The position numbers and the translations under genes were made by a program. The notes below the pieces were generated by a model. The model saw nothing but the letters and a program-made list of their open reading frames with translations. It had not been told where the DNA came from and made no database searches. From positions 14,751 to 78,750 of the forward strand of contig CAYMZX010000001.1 of the NCBI GenBank assembly GCA_964395115.1: 64,000 nt of DNA, read 5' to 3'. Below, in pieces: positions 29,872-38,439 of this stretch (within the stretch, counting starts at the first letter, position 1; the number at the start of each line of letters is the position of its first letter). The stretch is from an uncultured Gammaproteobacteria bacterium. Lineage in GTDB: Bacteria > Patescibacteriota > Microgenomatia > UBA8517.

Positions 29872-30587
29872 TCTTTTCCCTTCTTTTTTTGTCTACTTTT
29901 TAATTTTTTCTTTCCTTCCAAAATCGCCTCTTTGATTAATCCTAGCACATATTCAATAGCTTTGGCGGCATCATCATTCATGGGGATTGGGTAATCAACT
30001 AAAGTAGGATCGGCGTTCGAATCGACAATGCCGACAATTTCTATATTGGCTTTCCTCGCTTCTTTTACCGCCCCCAGTTCTTTATGGGTATCAATGATAA
30101 TTAAAATGTCGGGGAGTTTTTCTAATGAAACGATTCCGCCAAAAAACCTATCCAAATGGTCAATTTCCTTTTCCAACAATAACCTTTCTTTTTTTGTGTA
30201 TTTGTCATACTCGCCAGCTGCCATTTTAGCTTTCATCTCTGTAATTTTTTTCAAGGATTTTTTAATTTGATCAAAATTTGTCAAAGTGCCTCCTAGCCAT
30301 CTTTCAGAAACGTACGGAGTATTTGTCTCTCTCCCTATTTCCATAATTTTTTCCTTTGCTTGTTTTTTAGTCCCCACAAGAAGAAGGACCTTACCTTCCA
30401 GGACTGCCTTGGTAATCACCTCCAGTGCCTCCTCTAAGGCCTCCTTAGTCTTCACTAAATCAAAAATATGGATGCCTTCCTGTACGCCATAAATATAAGG
30501 GGCCATTTTAGGGTTCCAACGTTTCGCCTGATGCCCAAAATGAGCACCTCTCTCGAATAGTTCTTTAAGTGAAATCTGAATCGGCAT
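29868..30587 (-). CDS. rpsB: 30S ribosomal protein S2
   Basis: GAHFGHQ..WNPKM, RWLGGTLTN, DSNADP, PMNDD. Confidence 0.98.
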   Translation of the reverse strand: MPIQISLKELFERGAHFGHQAKRWNPKMAPYIYGVQEGIHIFDLVKTKEALEEALEVITKAVLEGKVLLLVGTKKQAKEKIMEIGRETNTPYVSERWLGGTLTNFDQIKKSLKKITEMKAKMAAGEYDKYTKKERLLLEKEIDHLDRFFGGIVSLEKLPDILIIIDTHKELGAVKEARKANIEIVGIVDSNADPTLVDYPIPMNDDAAKAIEYVLGLIKEAILEGKKKLKSRQKKKGKE

Positions 30588-30596
30588 TTATATCGT

Positions 30597-30652
30597 GCTC
30601 CCTTAGGCCGCGACTAGTCGGAGGATCCAGGGAGCGGTGACTAGTCTGTGTC
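30597..30652 (-). promoter_or_regulatory. Candidate rpsB (S2) leader, H-type pseudoknot
   Basis: Minus strand ACACA-GACTAGTC-ACC-GCTCCCT-GGATCCTCC-GACTAGTC-GCGGCCTA-AGGGAGC: two crossing helices 9 nt upstream of the ATG. Confidence 0.65.
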
Positions 30653-30673
30653 TGAAATCGTATTCTATCAAAA

Positions 30674-31183
30674 CTAGGAAATGGCCGCAAGGGCCCTCAA
30701 ATTTATCTTTACATTTTCCAAGGCCGCTGCTCGAGATGCTTTGGCTAGGTAGAATGCACTTTTAGTGTCGGAAATTGCATTTTTGTTTCCGATTACAATC
30801 ACCCTCTTTGCCAAAGATATTATTTCTTCGCCTAATTTAGCAACCTTTGCCGGAACATCGGCGGCATTCTTCAACGCTGTTCTAATTTTTTTTCTGTCCT
30901 TTTCTCTATAAGCCAACATTACCCGACTAAAAGCATTTACATCTTCATCTGTCAATTTGAGAAGTTCCTTTTTGATTTTCGTTGCCTTAACTTTTATTCG
31001 CTTTATTTCTAATTGTTCAGCATTGTACCCCGCCTTTCCAATTGTTAGGTTGCAAACCATCTCTATTAAGGCGGCGGCAATCGCCCCCGACAAACCAGCG
31101 GCTGCTCCTCCCCCAGGAATTGGAGATTTACTCGCTAAATCTTCAAGGAACTTTTCGATTTTTAGATTTTTTATCTTACTCAT
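30674..31183 (-). CDS. Formiminotetrahydrofolate cyclodeaminase / cyclohydrolase family (FTCD_C)
   Basis: FLEDLASKSPIPGGG, MVCNLT, D..AF, GNKNAISD, NVKINL. Confidence 0.9.
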   Translation of the reverse strand: MSKIKNLKIEKFLEDLASKSPIPGGGAAAGLSGAIAAALIEMVCNLTIGKAGYNAEQLEIKRIKVKATKIKKELLKLTDEDVNAFSRVMLAYREKDRKKIRTALKNAADVPAKVAKLGEEIISLAKRVIVIGNKNAISDTKSAFYLAKASRAAALENVKINLRALAAIS

Positions 31184-32069
31184 ATAATCTCTTTTCCAAT
31201 ACCTGGTCCGACTTAAAATCTTTGATTTTAAAGGTGGTTTTTACGGCTCTGACTAGTGCTTCCAAAGGAATCATTCCGTAAATCTCCGAGCTCTTTATGC
31301 CGACTCTAAATTTTTGGGCTTCTTTCTGAATCACCCGATATGCTTCATCAAAATTTGTTTTTTCGAAATCCACCAAATTCATCGATACTTGAGCAAAACC
31401 TCCTACTTTAAATCCTAAAGCCTTAACGCTTGGCAATCCTCCTCCTTTTTCCCTTATTCGCGCCGCTATTTTCTTGGCTATATCAATGTTTTTGGTATCA
31501 AGATTGACATTGAACGCTACCAAGTATTTCCTAGCTCCGATTACTATTGCTCCAGCTGTTGGATGCATTTTTGAAGGACCGTAATCTGGTCTCCTATCAG
31601 GATTTGTTTCTATTTCTTTTGACAATCCTTCATATTCGCCTTTTCTAATATCGGCAAGGTTTACCCTGTCCTTTCTTTTAGCAGCCGCCTCATAAAGATA
31701 GACTGGAATTTCTAATTCTCTGGCCACCTGTTTAGCTAGTTTATTCGATAAAACTACGCATTCGGAAAGGGTCACTCCGGCAATCGGAACGAACGGGACA
31801 ACATCCGTCGCCCCTATTCTTGGGTGTTCTCCTTTGTGCTTCCTCATGTCGATAAGCTTGGTAGCTCTCTTTATCATTTCGAAAGCAGCAGCCATCACCT
31901 TGTTTGGAGCTCCAACGATAGTTACAAGTGAGCGGTTATGCGATTTATCCCACTCGATATCCAGAATTTTAACTCCCTTAATTTTCTTGGCGGAGTTGGC
32001 AATCTTTTTGATTTTTGAAAGATTTTTACCCTCCGAAAAATTTGGTACACACTCAACCAGTTTTTGCAT
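31176..32069 (-). CDS. ftcD: Glutamate formiminotransferase
   Basis: VECVPNFSEG, HNRS, HKGEHPRIGATDVVPFVP, QVSMNL. Confidence 0.95.
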   Translation of the reverse strand: MQKLVECVPNFSEGKNLSKIKKIANSAKKIKGVKILDIEWDKSHNRSLVTIVGAPNKVMAAAFEMIKRATKLIDMRKHKGEHPRIGATDVVPFVPIAGVTLSECVVLSNKLAKQVARELEIPVYLYEAAAKRKDRVNLADIRKGEYEGLSKEIETNPDRRPDYGPSKMHPTAGAIVIGARKYLVAFNVNLDTKNIDIAKKIAARIREKGGGLPSVKALGFKVGGFAQVSMNLVDFEKTNFDEAYRVIQKEAQKFRVGIKSSEIYGMIPLEALVRAVKTTFKIKDFKSDQVLEKRLYE

Positions 32070-32085
32070 ATTGTGGATATTATAT

Positions 32086-32455
32086 CTAATCTAAAGTCTC
32101 GATGCTAGAACTTAATCTCTCTATAAACCCATTGGCGATTAGTCTTTCCTGAATAATCCTTTTTGTTTCAGCTAAGACTTCCTCGTAGGGACAATTGGCA
32201 TTAATTATTTCCCAACGACCATTATCATTAGCTCGAGCAAGAGTGAGGTAGGCCACCTCACCTCCCGATGAAATTTTTTAGCTTCTCTATCAAGTCGGTC
32301 TAAGTTTCCTGCCTTACTTCTTCTTCTTAAACCGACTTCAGGGGGCAAGTCAAAAAGTAGAGTTAAATCCGGGATAAGGTCTTGGGTTGACCAATCATTT
32401 TTTCCCCTCCGCCCTCGGGTCCTTCTAAGGTAATTAGATATTCTGGATATTTCAT
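32086..32455 (-). pseudogene. tmk: Thymidylate kinase pseudogene (internal deletion plus frameshifts)
   Basis: Manual translation: MKYPEYLITLEGPEGGG(K) P-loop joined out of frame to NDWSTQDLIPDLTLLFDLPPEVGLRRR...DRLDREAKKFHREVR, a second shift, then AYLTLA...WEIINA..YEEV. Confidence 0.85.
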
Positions 32456-33237
32456 CTTAAATACCCTCGCGGCCTGTAGTTTTGTATTTCTGATGGAACA
32501 ATCAAATAATCAGGAATTCTCCTTTCTTCGCCCTTGAAAAGGGCATATCGGACCTGGTTCATAAACTCCTCATATAAAAGTGCTTTGCCTGTTTTTTCGC
32601 TCCCAATCCTAACAAAGTTAAATCCGTCTCCTTTTATTGTTATAATCCTTACATGGTCGGAGTGTTGTCTAACCCAATCTTCGTGCAGACCAATAAGCTT
32701 CGTCCAAAATTCTACCTTTTCTTCTAATTCTACTTTTCGACCCGGGTCTTTAGCAGCCCGCTGATTAAGTCTTATTATCATTTCAGTTAAAGACAGCTGG
32801 AGATAAACAACCAAATCAGGAACGGGTAGTTTTCTCGTAAGACCGTCATAATATCTTTCGTATTTTTCCATTAAAGCATTGTTCTTACCCAACCGAAGAA
32901 GAGCATAAAATCTGTGCTGCCAAGGAGGGGGTTCAGAAACAACCGGTCCGTTTTCTAAAAGGTTCGGTAATTGAATAAGTTTTCTATAAGAGTCGTCAAA
33001 AAAAAGAGTTTGGACAGCATAAGAATGATGGTCGGGATCTCGGTAATAATCCTCAAACTTACCAAGCTCATCAGGAGAAAGTTCCCTAAGATGGGTAAAC
33101 CCAAGTCTCTCGCTAATAATTTCTCCTAAGATAGATTTCCCTGAAGTGGGAACTCCCATAATGGTAATCCAAAGATGGCGTTTTTCTCGCTCTGGCGACA
33201 TTAAACTTTCCCCGTTTACTAAATCTTCTTTGCTCAT
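32452..33237 (-). CDS. Deoxynucleoside kinase family protein
   Basis: GVPTSGKS P-loop, YYRDP...VQTLF, PDLVVYLQ, R..GR..E lid. Confidence 0.8.
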   Translation of the reverse strand: MSKEDLVNGESLMSPEREKRHLWITIMGVPTSGKSILGEIISERLGFTHLRELSPDELGKFEDYYRDPDHHSYAVQTLFFDDSYRKLIQLPNLLENGPVVSEPPPWQHRFYALLRLGKNNALMEKYERYYDGLTRKLPVPDLVVYLQLSLTEMIIRLNQRAAKDPGRKVELEEKVEFWTKLIGLHEDWVRQHSDHVRIITIKGDGFNFVRIGSEKTGKALLYEEFMNQVRYALFKGEERRIPDYLIVPSEIQNYRPRGYLR

Positions 33238-33239
33238 TT

Positions 33240-34157
33240 TCAGACTTTCGGATATGGCGTTTTTAGTGTATGCGTCCCATCCGGCATATGTACTGGCTCA
33301 AAGTCGCCAAATAGAATAGGTGATACCGTCACCAAACATCTCCAAATATTAAACGCCACTTTTCTTATCATTAGGGCCGAATGTTCGCTGGCACGCATAT
33401 TAATAATATGCCTCCAAGCCCGGGCGTTGCCGGAAACAATTATTGGCGCTTCCGTCTCGTTAGGAAGACAATCCCGAGCTTCCTGTTGAATTTTCTTTCG
33501 CAGATCCACTTTTGATCCGCCCGCCAGCAATGATAGGCCTTCTTTCTGAAGTTCCAGAAGCCTCTGGGCTCTTTTTTTATATTCTCCGGCCACCAAATCG
33601 ATCCAGTTTTCAAACATTCGATGTAAGATTTCGTCATTTTGATATACTTCCCCTTCAACAAACCTTAACGTTTCCCCGGAAACATAGCGCTGGCTCACCT
33701 GGGAATAAGCCATACCTGCCCGATGGCGTACCAATTCATGGGTAAAAGCCCGGTTTACCCCATAAATCAAAAAGGTAAAGTTAGCATGTTCTAAAATTGA
33801 ACCATGACCGGAATTTTTAGCATTTTCAAAATATTTAATAGCCTGGTCATTTAGGGTTCTATTAGGTCCAAAACTCAAATAACAAAGTTGACCGGCGGCT
33901 TTGCAAAGAGTTTCCGCGGAAGGAAGAGGGGTCGTGTCTTCGAGATAATTAATAAATTTAAAATCTTCGGGAAAGCTTTTTAGAAACCCTGCCATTCCCC
34001 TAAGATCAACCCAGGGAACAGAAAGAAGAGCTAATCCAGCTCGCTTAAAATAAGGAGTTTTCTTTTCTGTATAAAAGACTTCGGAGTCTATCACCGGCAA
34101 ATACCCTTCTTTGGTTTCTATGGTGTATCCGCCTAACTTTAAATCTCTCTCTACCAT
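33240..34157 (-). CDS. thyX: FAD-dependent thymidylate synthase
   Basis: GHGSILEH, HELVRHRAGMAYSQVSQRY, ARDCLPN, NARAWRH. Confidence 0.95.
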   Translation of the reverse strand: MVERDLKLGGYTIETKEGYLPVIDSEVFYTEKKTPYFKRAGLALLSVPWVDLRGMAGFLKSFPEDFKFINYLEDTTPLPSAETLCKAAGQLCYLSFGPNRTLNDQAIKYFENAKNSGHGSILEHANFTFLIYGVNRAFTHELVRHRAGMAYSQVSQRYVSGETLRFVEGEVYQNDEILHRMFENWIDLVAGEYKKRAQRLLELQKEGLSLLAGGSKVDLRKKIQQEARDCLPNETEAPIIVSGNARAWRHIINMRASEHSALMIRKVAFNIWRCLVTVSPILFGDFEPVHMPDGTHTLKTPYPKV

Positions 34158-34220
34158 TTCATTCAGGATGAATTATTTTGTGGTTTTAACAAGTAGGGAA
34201 ACCTAAGTCAATATGTAAAG

Positions 34221-36272
34221 TTACCCAACCCGATTTCTGATATTATTTTCGGTTTCTCCCCGCTTAGGATTCTTCCAGCTGGCCCATTTACAAGCGGGAA
34301 AGCGTGAACAGCCAAAAAATTTTTTGCCCTTCAGGGTCTTCTTTACAATCACCTCACCTTTATTACAGTTCGGGCATTTCAGCCCAATTTTTTCAAGAAA
34401 TTTTTCCGAATAATCGCATTTCGGGAAAAGTGAGCAAGAAACAAATTTTCCAAACTTTCCTATCCTTACAACTAATTCTCCTTTTCTGCATTTTGGGCAT
34501 TTTTGACCGAGTTTTTCAACTTCTATTTTTATTCTTTCCGAATGTTTTCCTACCATTTCCAACTTTTTTGAGAAAGGGTGCCAAAATTTTTTTATAGTTA
34601 CTACCCACCGTATTTGTCCGTTTGCTATTTTATCCAGATCATCCTCCATTTCTGCAGTAAAGCGATAGTCGAAAATGTCGGGAAAGTTTTCTACCAAAAA
34701 ATCATTTACTGCCACGCCAACTGGTGTCGGAACGAATTTACCGTCTTCTTTTTCGACATAGTTTCTGACTTGAATAGTTGAAATTATCGGCGCGTAAGTA
34801 GAAGGTCTACCAATCCCCAATTTTTCTAAAGTTTTGATAAGCGAGGCCTCATTATATCTTGGCGGAAATTCTGTAAATTTTTGCGACGAATCTATTTTTA
34901 CAAGCTTTAGGGCTTCGCCAACTGAAACTTGCGGTAGGTGGTTAGCTTTTTCTTCATTTTTTTTGTGGGGAATAACTTTTCGCCAACCATCAAATTTAAT
35001 TACCTGTCCTTTCGCCTTAAGCAGATATTCTTGAGAGCTTTTTGCCAGAACATTAATAACGGTTTCGTCATAAAGACTGGAAACCATTTGACTAGCTACC
35101 AATCTTCTCCAAATGAGGCCATAGAGAACTTGGGCATCACGGCCATATTTCTTGCTTTTTATTTTGTCGGACATCAGAGACAGTTTGGTCGGCCTGATTG
35201 CCTCGTGAGCCTCTTGAGCGACTTTAGATGTTGCCTTATAAAGTCGGGGTCTTTGGGACAAATAATCTTGGCCGTATAAATCTTTTATCAGTTTTCTGGC
35301 TTTTATCAAAGCGGTTTTGGAAATTGCCATGGAGTCAGTTCGGTGATAGGTAATAAGTCCTTTTTCGTATAGCCTTTGGGCAATAGCCATGGTCTTTTTG
35401 GCAGACCAGCCAAAAATCCTGGCCGCCGCCTGAGTCATGGTTGATGTGGTAAAGGGAGGGTACGGATTTTTTCTTATTTCCTTCTGGCTGATATCTAGAA
35501 TTGAGTATTCGGCTTTTTTTAGTTGTTCGGTAATCTTTTTTGCTTCTTCAGAATTTCTTACTTCAATCTTCTTGGTTTTAGTACCAATGAACCTCACAAT
35601 AAAGTTTTTATCTTTCCTATTTTTGGGTTTTACTTCACAAGTTATTTCCCAAAATTCTTCGGGTTTAAATTTTTCAATTTCTCTCTCTTTTTCAACAATA
35701 AGTCTGACTGCCACCGATTGGACCCTTCCTGCCGAAAGACCCCGTCTAATCTTTCTCCAAAGAAGGGGGGATAGTTTGTACCCCACTAATCTGTCCAAAA
35801 CTCTTCTCGCCATTTGGGCCTCAATCAGGTTTTTATCGAGATTCCTTGGTTTTGTAATCGCTTCTTCCACCGAATCTTTAGTAATCTCATGGAAGACAAT
35901 ACGCTGTAAAGTTAAGAACCGGGGAACTGAAGAATCTAGAAGGTTTTCTTTTGTTTCTTGTCTCCTGGGTTCTTTAGTCTCGCTAAGTATCTCTGCAACA
36001 TGCGAGGCAATTGCTTCTCCTTCCCGGTCCGGATCGGTGGCCAAATAAATCTTGTCGGCTTTTTGTGCCAACTTTTTAATTCTTTCGACAGACGCTTGAG
36101 CTTTAGCCACAGGTAAATATTTCGGTTTGAAATTATTCTGTATATCGATTCCTAATTCGCTTTTGGGGAGGTCCATAACATGACCCAGTGTCGCTTCTAC
36201 CGAATAGTCGTTACCTAAAAATTTTGATATGGTCCGAGCCTTAGTTGGAGACTCAACAATGATAAGATGCAT
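34221..36272 (-). CDS. topA: Type IA DNA topoisomerase
   Basis: IVESPTK, ATDPDREGE, SAGRVQ, ITYHRTD, AHEAIRPT; two C-terminal zinc ribbons. Confidence 0.98.
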   Translation of the reverse strand: MHLIIVESPTKARTISKFLGNDYSVEATLGHVMDLPKSELGIDIQNNFKPKYLPVAKAQASVERIKKLAQKADKIYLATDPDREGEAIASHVAEILSETKEPRRQETKENLLDSSVPRFLTLQRIVFHEITKDSVEEAITKPRNLDKNLIEAQMARRVLDRLVGYKLSPLLWRKIRRGLSAGRVQSVAVRLIVEKEREIEKFKPEEFWEITCEVKPKNRKDKNFIVRFIGTKTKKIEVRNSEEAKKITEQLKKAEYSILDISQKEIRKNPYPPFTTSTMTQAAARIFGWSAKKTMAIAQRLYEKGLITYHRTDSMAISKTALIKARKLIKDLYGQDYLSQRPRLYKATSKVAQEAHEAIRPTKLSLMSDKIKSKKYGRDAQVLYGLIWRRLVASQMVSSLYDETVINVLAKSSQEYLLKAKGQVIKFDGWRKVIPHKKNEEKANHLPQVSVGEALKLVKIDSSQKFTEFPPRYNEASLIKTLEKLGIGRPSTYAPIISTIQVRNYVEKEDGKFVPTPVGVAVNDFLVENFPDIFDYRFTAEMEDDLDKIANGQIRWVVTIKKFWHPFSKKLEMVGKHSERIKIEVEKLGQKCPKCRKGELVVRIGKFGKFVSCSLFPKCDYSEKFLEKIGLKCPNCNKGEVIVKKTLKGKKFFGCSRFPACKWASWKNPKRGETENNIRNRVG

Positions 36273-36825
36273 TGAAATACTCTATTATGTCGATGGGGTC
36301 TCTTGCAACATTGGCTCCCTGTTCTATCAACCAATCAGTTGCTTCAGAGCCTGGAATGGCGAAAACTTCTTTTCCGCCATTTGCTGCCCAAGAAGCTGTT
36401 GACAAAGTTCCGCTACGCCTTTTGCCTTCGACAACCAGAACCCCCTTTGCCAGAGCAACAATTGTCCTGTTTCTGACCAGAAAATTCTTAGCTAAAGGTT
36501 TTGTTCCTTTGGGGAAAATCGTAACGACGGCTCCTCTTTTAGCAATCTCCGCAGCCAGACCTTTGTTTTCCATAGGATAAATAATATCAAGACCAGATCC
36601 TAAAACAGCTATTGTTCTTCCTCCTAAAGAAAGTGCTGTCTGGTGCGCCACAGTATCCACCCCTTTCGCCAATCCTGAAACAATTGTATATCCTGCTTTT
36701 ACAAGCTCTGTAACAAATTTCTTTGTGAGTTTTTCCCCCCGCTTTGTCATTTTTCTTGCCCCAACTACCGCGATCGCCTTAGAATCGGACTTCAAAATTT
36801 TTCCTAAAATATAAAGTTTTTTCAT
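36253..36825 (-). CDS. dprA: DNA-protecting protein DprA, Rossmann core only
   Basis: IAVVGAR, VSGLAKGVDTVAH, RNR, SGTLSTA, VFAIPG; upstream of topA. Confidence 0.9.
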   Translation of the reverse strand: MKKLYILGKILKSDSKAIAVVGARKMTKRGEKLTKKFVTELVKAGYTIVSGLAKGVDTVAHQTALSLGGRTIAVLGSGLDIIYPMENKGLAAEIAKRGAVVTIFPKGTKPLAKNFLVRNRTIVALAKGVLVVEGKRRSGTLSTASWAANGGKEVFAIPGSEATDWLIEQGANVARDPIDIIEYFNASYHC

Positions 36826-38432
36826 CGCTTAAACCAATAATCAAAAATTTCTCTAGCGATGGGACCAGCAACTTTTGAGCCCTCTCCTCCTCCTTCTACT
36901 AAAACAGTGGCCACTATTTCAGGGAAATCCGCTGGCCCAAAAACCACGAACCAGGCGTGGGTTTTCCCATCTTCATTCGTTTCAGCAGTTCCGGTTTTAC
37001 AGGCAACTCGAGGAGTAAAATCAAAAAATGTAAACCCCGTTCCCCCCGGTGAACACGCCCCTATCATTCCTTCTTTTATTAATTCCAAATAATCTTTTTT
37101 TATTTTTAAATCTATGCACCTTCCTTCTTCGTAAGCAATTTTAGGGCGGCAAAGATTACCTCCAAAAGCGATAGCCGAAATGGCCCGATTTATTTCAATC
37201 GGCGTAACTGCTAAATCCCCTTGGCCAATAGAAACATGATAGGTATTGCCCAAAAACCACGGCTCTTTTTTTACTTTTTCTTTCCACTCAGGCGTAGGAA
37301 CAAGACCAGAAATCTCCCCCGGGATATCAATCCCAGTTTTTTCATTTAAACCAAACCTGTTTGCCCACTCTACAATCTTCCCGATTCCAAGATATTCGCC
37401 TATTTTATAAAAAAAGGTATCTGTTGAACGAGCTATGGCTTTAATAATATTTATTTTGCCCTCCGTCTTTCCGTACTGAAGGTAATACCAATTCCCATAC
37501 GAGAAACGATCCCCTATAGTAATCACCCCGGGGTCATCGAAAACGAAATTTTTGTCTATCTTTTCCTCCGCCAAGACGGCGATGGCGACAATAGGCTTAA
37601 ATACGCTTCCGGGATGAAAAAGTCCGCCGATTGCCCTGTTGAAAAGAGGAAGGTTGACATCGGTTAAGGTTTCTGAAATTTTAACTGAGTCTTTCCTTTC
37701 AGAAAAAATCGCCGGATCGAATGACGGAGAGGAGTAAAGAGCCATTACCTTTCCATTGGGCTCCGTTACAATCACCGCTCCCTTTTTTCCATCAAGAGCA
37801 TCGACTACTTTATTTTGAAGACCAATATGAATAAATGTTTTTATATCACTGCCAGGAATGGGTTCCCTTCTTCCCAAAGTGCGGATTCTTTTACCCCTAG
37901 TATCAACCTCGACTAATTCCTCACCATCAACTCCTGCTAATTGACAATCATATTCTTCTTCTAATCCAGCCCGACCAACCAGACTTCCGGCTTGGCGCGG
38001 GCCTCTTTCCGGACAGGCGGGATTAATTTTACCCACCTCTTGTTGATTGACTTCCCCTAGATAACCGCTAATGTGGGCAAATTTCTCTCCTAAGGGATAG
38101 TCTCTTTCGTATTCGGTAACGATATCGTCCTCGCTGGCTCCTTCCAAATCATCGGTTTTTTCGTATCCTCCTTCCGGAGTAAAAACAATTCTTTTTTTTA
38201 CTTCCCTATTTCCCACCAATACTTCTCCCCCTCTGGCTAAAATTTTTCCCCTGGGCGCCTCGATGGGGATCCTTCGGATCCTATTTCCTTCAGCCAAAGC
38301 CCTAAAATAACCTCCCTTGATAACCATCAGTTCGATTAGTCGGGCAAAAAGAATAAGAAATCCCAAAATCAGGATTCCCCTGAAAAACCAAAAAAGCCAA
38401 CTTTGGGTTTTAATTCCGGCCAAGGTTTCCAT
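36822..38432 (-). CDS. mrdA: Penicillin-binding protein 2 (class B)
   Basis: APRG, RDYP, PGSVFK (SxxK), STD (SxN variant), KTGTAE. Confidence 0.92.
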   Translation of the reverse strand: METLAGIKTQSWLFWFFRGILILGFLILFARLIELMVIKGGYFRALAEGNRIRRIPIEAPRGKILARGGEVLVGNREVKKRIVFTPEGGYEKTDDLEGASEDDIVTEYERDYPLGEKFAHISGYLGEVNQQEVGKINPACPERGPRQAGSLVGRAGLEEEYDCQLAGVDGEELVEVDTRGKRIRTLGRREPIPGSDIKTFIHIGLQNKVVDALDGKKGAVIVTEPNGKVMALYSSPSFDPAIFSERKDSVKISETLTDVNLPLFNRAIGGLFHPGSVFKPIVAIAVLAEEKIDKNFVFDDPGVITIGDRFSYGNWYYLQYGKTEGKINIIKAIARSTDTFFYKIGEYLGIGKIVEWANRFGLNEKTGIDIPGEISGLVPTPEWKEKVKKEPWFLGNTYHVSIGQGDLAVTPIEINRAISAIAFGGNLCRPKIAYEEGRCIDLKIKKDYLELIKEGMIGACSPGGTGFTFFDFTPRVACKTGTAETNEDGKTHAWFVVFGPADFPEIVATVLVEGGGEGSKVAGPIAREIFDYWFKR

Positions 38433-38439
38433 TATATCT

